64,000 nt of DNA from Auanema rhodensis (Eukaryota > Animalia > Nematoda), in contig OZ059900.1 in assembly GCA_964057225.1 (NCBI GenBank), forward strand, positions 9,362,001 through 9,426,000. The letters run 5' to 3'. Below the pieces are notes generated by a model. That model had not been told where the DNA came from and made no database searches. It saw nothing but the letters and a program-made list of their open reading frames with translations. Positions 55,048 through 64,000 of the stretch are shown here, one piece after another. The translations under genes were made by a program, and so were the position numbers. Numbering within the stretch: the stretch's first letter is position 1; each line of letters opens with the position of its first letter.

Positions 55048-56936
55048 AGGTCATTGTTAAAAATAGGGTATGAATCAGATATGAGACAGATGACTGTTAG
55101 GTATATTGTAAATAATACAAATAAGTAACAGTTGTATTCTACTTTGATCTATTTATTGTAACTTGCGCGCCAATCTATATTCGAATTATTTATATAAATT
55201 TATATCTTTTGTACGTAAATGTTTTTTTTTTTGTGAACAGTTTTATTAGTCTATCAATTCATTGACTTTTTCATTACAATCAAAGGTGGCATTATCTGAC
55301 ATACTATAACAATAAAACCTTGAAAACCTGTTTTTTCTTAGTCGTCTCTAGAATATCATGTCTAGAACGTTATTGAGAATGTACATGTCCATTGACCTGT
55401 TGGGTTTTCATTTTAGTTTTACAATTTTTTTTCATATCGGCATGATTCACATGCTTTTAATTCATATTTTTTTCCAGAAAATTATGTTATTACATACACG
55501 ATTGCATTTTGCGTATGTTTCTCTGTCTCTATGTGTTTTTTTTTCGTAGTTTTCTAATTTCTATCTAATTCATCTGTTTTGTGTAAATGGCAACAGTTAA
55601 ATGCAATGTCTCAGATCTCTTCATTTTGAATCTTCTACCTCATTTCATAGCTCGTCGTCGCTTTTCTTTTAAGTGATTTGTCATCTGCTAGCCAAAAGTC
55701 TCAATGTCTTTTTCTAATCCGTGGACGACATTTTGATACATTTCAAGTGACTTCATTCTTCTATTTCACTTTCTTTCATCTTTGAATTTGACCTGCACAA
55801 TGAATAAAACAATGACTTGAACTAAGTATTACTTCACCGAATATTGATTTCAAGATATCTTTGTTTATACATCTTAGAACAAAGGGAAATCCAGCTGTTC
55901 TATCTCAAAGCGGCTAGTATACACTTATGTTCGGTGTTCTTTTCTTACTTGGATTAGACTTTTTTGAATATTTATTTGTATTCTCATATTTCATGACCTT
56001 TACTTTTTTATATTTACCCACAAGCATAACACCTGCGCTTACCAATAGCTCTTAATTCTGTTCACAATGAGCAGATACTAACCTTCAGGTCATGTTGGTC
56101 TATTAACGACGATCTCTAGGCTTTATGTTCTTCCATTATTCTCATTTACTCAAGTTTTTTCTCATCAAATTTGTGTATTTAAATTAGATTTTTTATTTTT
56201 TATATTCGAAACAGCTGCATAACAGCCTTATTCTGATTCATAAATTGCATGTGCTTTAACATGTGAACGATCAGATGAAACGAGAAGCAATTCTCGTATG
56301 GTCATTATGCTTTCGAGAATTTTAATGCGTCATCTGTGACCTATATCCTGATTCATGTATGACCTGTACACTATTTAACATCTGTCGAGCACTTATTATT
56401 CATTTGAACGAGCTGATCAAGCACTATTTTCCAACATTTTTTATTTGCAAGCTTATATTTTCTAAATTTTAATGCTCAAATACAGTTTTAATAATGTAAA
56501 ATTATATATTTAAATAGTTTTTCAAAGCAGTTCCTTTAATATTTTTTGTTTTTTATTTTTCTACGCTTCATTTCGGTTTCATAACATTTTTCTAATAATT
56601 TGTGTATATTCTTATTATTTCAATCAATTTGATGTATTTAGTTATGAACATGGTAATGTCTTTTCTGTTTTTGGTTCAGACAGTATAATGAGCTATAGAT
56701 CTAGTTGACCTAGATAATATAAGAACAATAGGCGTCCTTGTGCTGACAACCCATTGTTCACAGAAATTTTGGCATAATGTTACATGCTGCTTGAGTACTC
56801 ATACCTACTTCAGCTTGTCTAGAATAATATCTTTTGCTGTTCTTTGTTTTTCTTCTCCTTTTTTAATTTTTTTATTCATCTTTCGGGAATTTCAAAGCGA
56901 TAGCTCCGATGGAGGACGCAATTAAATGCGTGACCT
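55048..56936. promoter_or_regulatory. Cluster of nine AGGTCA/TGACCT nuclear-receptor half-sites upstream of the Pil1-like gene
   Basis: Sites start at 55048, 55393, 55789, 55994, 56087, 56337, 56360, 56706 and 56931. The 56706 site reads TATCT-AGGTCA on the minus strand, a ROR-type extended site. Confidence 0.6.
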
Positions 56937-57701
56937 CTACTGAATGTATGGTCTTTCCTTCTTTTTCGCTTTAGTTTTGTCGATATTTTGTTCATGTATC
57001 TTATATTTTAACCACTTTTCGAATCTAAACATTCTTTTTAACTTGTTTTTTTTCTGAATATGGCGATCATGTGGCTCAACTTTTCACACTTGTTTAGAAA
57101 GTGATGAATATATTTTACAAAACAGATGTTCGTTCATAAAGGTTTACGATGAGCTAAGAAATAGTGAGTATTGAGATGATACAGCGGTCACTGCCGTACC
57201 ATCTGTCTTCTAGCTCATTCAGTTGTTATTGATTTTCTCGTGTTCTAAGTATTCTAATGAGAACAGATGTCTCACAATGTCCAGATCGCTCTATTGTGTT
57301 AATACCAACCACTGTCTCTGTCTTTCTGAGAATTCTGTCTAGGAACAGTCAAAATTCTCACACGGTTATCTCAAAATGTTTTGTGAATTTCGTTGAAGTC
57401 ACGTTTTTTTATTATTTTAGTGAATCAAAACACATCTATTGTCAATATACACATTTCTATTATTTGAAATGTTATATAAATATTCTTTTTTCTTATCAAA
57501 TAATTAGTTATGCATACATAGTTATCAAAGAAGATTGCCATATCACTCTCGTAAAATTTATTTTAATTTTTCTTTCATATGATTATATCATTTTATTCTC
57601 ATTTTTCTTCTTACTATGTATTTTATTCAAAAATTCTAATTTTTAGATTGTGTATTAGTATTTGGCCATTAGCGGCCATATTTTTCTTGTGAGAAAAAAA
57701 A

Positions 57702-58922
57702 ATGCTCATTTCAACCACAAAAGGTAAGATAATTCAATGTTATGTACACTATATAAACATGTGTATTAAAGATGCATCAAAGTCAATTTTGGACTCTAAG
57801 CCTAGTCAGAGACGACGATCCAAGGGATTATTTCAATCATCATCGCTGGAGGAGGCACTAGTGGGATTTGAAGCAGCAGGGTTTGTTTATAATAAAGCAT
57901 TTTGAACAATTTGATGCGTTTTAAGAAAAATGACAAAAAAATTAGCTGAAGTTCAAGAGAAAAGCGTGGAAAAGTTATCAGATTGGGCAAGTGATGGCAT
58001 AAATACAGCAATAGGTATAATACTCATAGCTTCATTTTAATAATCTTTAAAAATTTATTCAGATGATGTAACAGGTCGTATGAAAGATTTAATGTTAATG
58101 TATACAAAGCAACAAAAAACGTTAGCTGATCATATGATGAGAAATGCTTCGGTATGTCGTAGATGTTTACATAACGGTTTAAAAATAATTTATTTCAGAA
58201 TATGAGAATATTAATAGAATTAGAAGAAAAGGTTAAAGAAAATGAGAAAGAGGTGGAAAAATTGCGAACAAGAGAGAAAAAATTAGAAAAAGAAATGAAA
58301 AGAAATGAGAATCCTGGCTTTTTGAGAAAGAAAGCTGATTCTGACACCTTGCGCAGTGATTTGAGAGAAGTAAGATAAAACTTGGAATATTTTCATTAAT
58401 GTGTTTATTATGATTACAGTTTTTGGAAACAGCTAAAGAGAAAGAAAAAGCAGAATATGATCTTCTAACAATGAGGAAAGAAATGGAAGTCGCAAAAATG
58501 TTCCAATTCCGTAAAGAAATGAAGGTATATCTGAGAAGAAATTTTAATTCATAATCTTTTAATATAGGGTTTATTCCAATCTTATAATGAGTTTTTTGAT
58601 GCAGCAAGTAGTATTTTCAAATGCCAACAGTGAGTAATAAGTCGTTTTGTGTTGAAAATTGAATAATATTTCAGTGAACTAGTTGAGCTAGTGCCGGCAA
58701 TAAGTACGCAAGATGTTTCAAAAGTGAAATATGAAGGTGGCCAAATCGCCACAGAGAAAGTGAACCAAGTTCGCAGGTATTTAAATGCAATCATTAAAGC
58801 TTGAAAAAAAATTTGATACAATAGAAAAACCTTTTTCTTATTTTTACAGATCTTTGGGAGATTCTCCACCACGTACAAAAATTAATAGCAGACGTAGAAG
58901 TGCTCCGTTTAAAATAATATGA
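57702..58922 (+). CDS. 273-aa all-helical BAR-like protein resembling eisosome core Pil1/Lsp1
   Basis: Nine phase-consistent exons: 57702-57723, 57772-57880, 57926-58014, 58063-58151, 58199-58369, 58420-58524, 58568-58629, 58675-58776, 58850-58922. The gene model is solid; the family call rests on a by-eye alignment (see findings). Confidence 0.75.
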
Positions 58923-59254
58923 TTAATTCACTGATTATTAAGTATTAAATGTTTATATTGTAATTAAAAATGTATATACCTTGTCCTTCATTGAATGTAA
59001 TGCAGTACTATTACGGGTACGTATTATAATGAATAAAGCTTTGAAATAAGTATTGCTTGAATTTCATAGTAAACATGTTGAAAAATATAATTTTTTTTTG
59101 CTCGAACCTAATCAGTAGGTAAAATATGAAAAACACTTATACTATGTTTTGTGCAAAATTTAAAAATGTTTCACGTCTGATTTACAGAGAGAATATTGTA
59201 AGAATAATAAAGATAGGGTTACTGTAGTTTTTCAAAAATTAATTAAATGAATTG

Positions 59255-59298
59255 TGCTCTATTGTTAATTTTATTGTCCTCGTCACGAATATTGTAAA
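59255..59298 (+). promoter_or_regulatory. Conserved promoter module of the tandem family, copy 1
   Basis: TGCTCTATTGTTAA...CTCGTCACGA...TGTAAA about 180 bp before the ATG at 59435; recurs before copies 2 and 3. Confidence 0.75.
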
Positions 59299-59434
59299 TA
59301 TCTTACATAATTTATTTTGTTTATCTTTTTTTATTTACAAATATTTTTTTATAATGTTGTTATTTACAAATGTTTGTTTATAATATTTTATTTAAAATTG
59401 GTTTTGTTTAAGTTGCCTCAGCTAAACTTCGAGA

Positions 59435-60498
59435 ATGGATAAGCAATACAATCATTCACAACAAAGTAATACAAGTATTTTGTTACCAGCTAAACGCTTG
59501 GCTCTTGATGTTTACAAACGTGAAAAGGAATCGGAGGATGTTCGAAATAGGGTGGAAGACTTTGTGGCTAAGCACTTTTGGGCGAAAAAAGAGTTTTTGT
59601 TCTACATGAAAGAAGTCAATCACTTAGAAATTTGCGATCATTCTGAGAAAGTCGAACCACCCTCCTCTGCAAATGATTTTGAAGATGAATTGATTAAAAT
59701 GGATGCTCTATGTGGAGATCTCCTAGATTCTATGGACGCAATACATAATTGCTTGACCGCGAGAACACCCGATGTGCAAAGAGTTGGCCCAATTTTAAAA
59801 CGGGTCGTTTTTAATGAAAGTGAGAAGGTTCTCTCTTGTAACAAGCGGAATAATATGATATTTAGCCGTTGTAATGAAAAAGTTAGTATGCTCCACAAGT
59901 AAATATTAAGTAAAATTATTATTTCAGAGGTATATTGAGCATCCTTCAAGCAGAATCACGAACAACCAAGTTATGGATTTGATTCAACATATCGTAAGCT
60001 TTTCCTGTTATATTAGTAACTTATATTTTATTAATCAGGTATCGTTTGGAAGTTCGGTTATGCCAGACACTCCTATGTCCTTTATACAGTTGTTGGTAAA
60101 CTTTTACTTAAATATATCTTTCGAATACTTTATTTTCAGTCTTTTTTAAATATTCAAAATAAGTTATCCATTAAGAATGTTAGTAACACTTCTTTCTCTA
60201 AAATAAGAAACTTGGTAAGTTTTATTATTTTCTTAATGTGCTACTAAGACATTTTCAGATAAATAAAAAGTTGATGTGGAATCCGAACTCCAATAAAGTT
60301 ACCAAATATCCTTATATACAGAAAGAAACTTCAGCTTATTCAGCTGAAGAATTGAAATATATTGTTTCTATCGTAAGTACTTGTTTTTTTTCTTTGTCTC
60401 CGAGAACATATTCGAGTTTTCAGTTGGAAAAGGACATAGTAAAAATGGTGAGTCAAACAGCTGGCGTTCAACCATCTCTTCCAGCCAATGGTAATTAG
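59435..60498 (+). CDS. Unknown tandem family protein, copy 1 (6 exons)
   Basis: A long exon 1 (FWAKKEFLFY...VEPPSS...MDALCGDLLDSMD...IFSRCNEK) is followed by five short exons whose intron positions are shared with copies 2 and 3. Confidence 0.85.
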
Positions 60499-60966
60499 TT
60501 TAATCTTTAAACGTTGCCGACCACGAAAAAATAAATGGTTTATCTGTTTTATTTTATATAGAATTTTATTGAATTTTTTATGTTCAAAATGTTTTCTTAC
60601 TTTTTCTAAACTTTTTACAGAATACAGAGATGATTATTTTCATTTTTTTTTGTTTGGAAAATCCTCTTTGTTAAATAAATGCTAAATGACAATAACTTAT
60701 TTTATTCATTAAAAACTAGTTAGGTAGTTGAGACAACAGAAATATATATTCGGTTTATTAACAATGTTTATTCAGAAAACTCTTGAAATGAGCAAAATGA
60801 ACTCAGTAATCATCAATTAGAATTGCTCTATCTACTCGAAAGTGTTTCACTTACTAGTCTGACAAGTAATGTATATTTAACAGTGAAGATTCTCTACTTT
60901 TCCACTTCTATCAGTATATTAACAACTGGATTACGGTAATTATTATGTAATAAATTACTTAAACTA

Positions 60967-61012
60967 TGCTCTATTGTTAAATTTAAATATTTCTCGTCAC
61001 GATTATGTAAAC
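60967..61012 (+). promoter_or_regulatory. Conserved promoter module, copy 2
   Basis: TGCTCTATTGTTAAATTTAAATATTTCTCGTCACGATTATGTAAACA about 175 bp before the ATG at 61141. Confidence 0.75.
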
Positions 61013-61140
61013 AGCTAACATCTTACATCATTATTAATATCGATTAAATTTCATTTTGAAATTTAAATAAAGAAAATTTTGTTTGTTTTTATTGAGTTTC
61101 AACTGTTGTTCTTTAGGTTGCCTGAGATCAAAGTTGGAAA

Positions 61141-62262
61141 ATGGATGAGAGAGACCATTTTTCGAATCAATGCGTTCAAAGCATCAAGCTTGCGCTGAAG
61201 AATTTGACTGATGACCAATATACGCTTGCATGTAAATCCGACGAAGTTCGTAACATTACTGACGAGTTTGTGTCTAAAGAATCTTGGGCAAAACGAGAAG
61301 TATCGTTTTATATGGACGAAATCAATCATACTGCACTTTGCGATGATACTGAGAGAGTCGAACCACCCTGCTCTTCAAACGACTATCAGGATGAATTGGT
61401 TAAAATGGATGCCGTGTGTGGAGATATTCTTGACTCAATGGATGCAATATATAATTGCTTAACCGCGAGAACAGCTCACGAGCAAAGAGTTGGCCCAATT
61501 TTAAAACGCGTCGTTTCTGATGAAAGTAAGAAGATTCTCTCCTGTAACAAGCGGAATAATATGATATTTAGCCGTTGTAATGAGAAAGTGAGTATGCTCC
61601 ACAAGTAAATATTAAGTAAAATTATTATTTCAGAGGTATATTGAGGATCCTTCAAGCAGAATCACGAACAATCAAGTTATGGATATAATTGAACATGTGG
61701 TTAGCTTTGCCTTACAATTTTCCAAAATATTGTTTATTTCTTAGATTGCGTTTGGAAGTTCCTTTCTGCCTGGTGCACCTATGACCTATGCCGAATTTAT
61801 AGTTAATATAACTTTACCAAAGTTGCATAATTGTTATGTTTAGGCTTTTTTGAATGTTACCAATAGGATTTTCATAAAGAACGTTAGTCCTGCTTCTTTT
61901 TCCAGTGTCCGGACCTTTGTAAGATATTTTCCAATTGTAACCAGCTATATAATTACTTGATCAGATGAACGAAAAGATTATTTGGCATACTAAGTTCGAT
62001 CCACTCACCCGGAATCCATATTTTCGTACCAATCATTTAACTTTTACAGTGCTCGAATTGGAATATATAGTTTCTATCGTGAGTATACTCTTTATTTCCG
62101 GAAATATTTTTGAATATTCAGTTGGACAAGGACAGAGCTAAGTCGATGACTCACCACGTACAACTGCCTCTTCCAGCTGTTCTCAACACTGATTGTTCCG
62201 TGGATGAATTAGAAGAAACAATCAGTGATTCTGAAGATTATGAAGTGGATGTAGTATCTTAA
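61141..62262 (+). CDS. Unknown tandem family protein, copy 2 (6 exons, acidic C-terminal tail)
   Basis: Paralog of copy 1 with the same exon structure; ends ...SVDELEETISDSEDYEVDVVS*. Confidence 0.85.
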
Positions 62263-62864
62263 ACAGTATTTGAACTTTTGTTCTTCACACTCACACCTTT
62301 CTGTTTGTGATGTACTCTTTGTTGAATAAATGATTTGTTGATAATTCTTATAAGATTCTGATTGCAGTGTTAAAAAAGTGGAATAAAGTCTAAGAAATTG
62401 TCAAGTTTTATTTAATTACTCATAAGGAGATTAATATAAAAATAAGAAAAACAAGGTTACGGTAGCTATTATATATTTTATTTCTTGAACTTTGCTCTAT
62501 TGTAAATTTCAAATATTTCTCATTAAATAAAGGTTCAACTAGGACTGTTTATTTCATTTTACGGTGATAATCTATGTTATTTTAATTTTTATTGTTTTAT
62601 ATATGTTTTTAAACAGTGCTTAACTTTAACTTTAAATAACATTGATGTAGTTTTTAGGTGAAGGTTAATAAACCACAGTTATTTATCAAAAACTGTATGT
62701 TAGAAGAAATAAGCAATTCACATCTATAATATCATCCCTATAATAAATTAAAAATGCTTTATTTGCTTATGATGACAAGTAAAATATTTAAGAATAAAAA
62801 TTCTCAGCGGTTTAATTTCCACCAATAACGAAGGTAATTAAGCTATAATTAATTACTTAAACTA

Positions 62865-62911
62865 TGCTCTATTGTTAAATTGAAATATTTCTCGTCACGA
62901 TTAATGTAAAC
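62865..62911 (+). promoter_or_regulatory. Conserved promoter module, copy 3
   Basis: TGCTCTATTGTTAAATTGAAATATTTCTCGTCACGATTAATGTAAACA about 157 bp before the ATG at 63022. Confidence 0.75.
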
Positions 62912-63021
62912 ATCATGCATCATTTATTTGAATGATTGCACTTTTTTTGCACTTCGTTTCGAATATTAAAATTATTTTAATATTTGATTTTATCATCCTT
63001 AACTTAAGTAGAACTTTGAAG

Positions 63022-63957
63022 ATGGAAGAGAAAAATTATAATTTGCATCCACGTGTTAGATTTCTTGGAAAAGAACTCAAACGCATGAGGGATGATCTTG
63101 ATTGCCGTAACTTCGAATTGAACTGGATTAATGACAAGAATGAGCACTTTGATGCTAACTTATTCTGGGCAAAGCAGGAGTTTCTGTTTTACGCCAAAGA
63201 ATATAATCACGAAGACTTTTGCGAACATACTGAGAGAATCGAACCACCAAGCTCTTCAAATGGTTATGACGATAAATTGGTTAAACTGGATGCTCTGTGT
63301 GGAGACATTCTTGACTCACTGGATTCTCTTTATGATTCCTTGAGCGCGAGAATACTTGATATAGAAAGACTTGGCCCAGTTTTGAAATATGTTGCTAACG
63401 AACAGAAGGATAAGATTCTCACTTGCAATCATCTCAATGATTTGATCTTTAGTCGCTGTAACGAGAAAGTGAGAACTTTTTCTTGTTCATTATCCTGTTG
63501 TAATGGTTTTCAGAAGTATCTTGAGGATTCAACGAGCAAAGTCACTAGAAGCCAAGTTATAGATCTGATTCAACATGTGGTGAACATTAGTTGTTATCGC
63601 TCTGGAATTATACTTCAGTTGCAGATTGCTTTCGGAAGTACGGTGTTTCCAGATACTCCTATGAGCGCACTTAAATTGGGGGTAAAATGGCGTGAACAAT
63701 GCTTTGAAAAAAATGCTTTCAGATTTGTTTACGGGATAGAAATGTACTTCCAATGAAAAATGTCAGTGCAGATGCATTCTATTATGTTAGAAACTTTGTG
63801 AGCTACTCCATTATTTTTATTTTTTTAATATTTGTTTTATCAGATCAACAAAAAGCTTACGTCTAATCCTGTTAAAATTCAAAAAATTGCTAATCCTTTT
63901 GCGTTTATAGGAAATTTATCTTATACAATTGATGAAATGAAACATATAGCCGACATC
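63022..63957 (+). CDS. Unknown tandem family protein, copy 3 (3' end beyond the window)
   Basis: MEEKNYNLHPRV...FWAKQEFLFYAKE...IEPPSS...LDALCGDILDSLD...IFSRCNEK | KYLEDSTS...DLIQHV | IAFGSTVFPDTPMS... | ... | INKKL...YTIDEMKHIADI |. Intron positions match copies 1 and 2. Confidence 0.85.
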
Positions 63958-64000
63958 GTTAGTCTTTTTTAATTTTTTAAACATCAAAGACAGATCTTTC

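Noticed and set aside
62932-63756. 274-aa unspliced ORF
   Set aside because: It reads through two in-frame introns of paralog 3; the spliced model from ATG 63022 matches the intron positions of copies 1 and 2.

Overview
This is AT-rich, intron-dense eukaryotic DNA from a rhabditid (clade V-like) nematode: introns are mostly 40-60 nt with TTTCAG-type acceptors, and the genes have C. elegans-like products. Most ORF-track entries are fragments or antisense noise, so I rebuilt the genes by hand from GT..AG boundaries and reading-frame continuity. In order: a partial unknown gene (-, exons 6.3-7.5 kb); ZP-domain cuticlin (+); small unknown gene (+); dyf-11/IFT54 (+); CX-domain membrane protein (-); an LRR-less mucin/TM gene, sym-1 and let-4 in tandem (-); an orphan class A GPCR with an upstream X-box (+); an ENTH-only protein (-); a second cuticlin (-); hlh-15/NHLH (+); a GLUT-type MFS sugar transporter (+); a 273-aa helical protein that aligns by eye with fungal eisosome BAR proteins Pil1/Lsp1 (+); and three tandem paralogs of an unknown family sharing a conserved promoter module (+). 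The best candidate for new biology is the Pil1/Lsp1-like gene, which has a dense cluster of AGGTCA nuclear-receptor half-sites upstream. It could be a molting-regulated animal eisosome/meisosome scaffold. All homology calls come from remembered sequences and were not database-verified. I found no tRNA, rRNA, CRISPR array or recognisable transposase.
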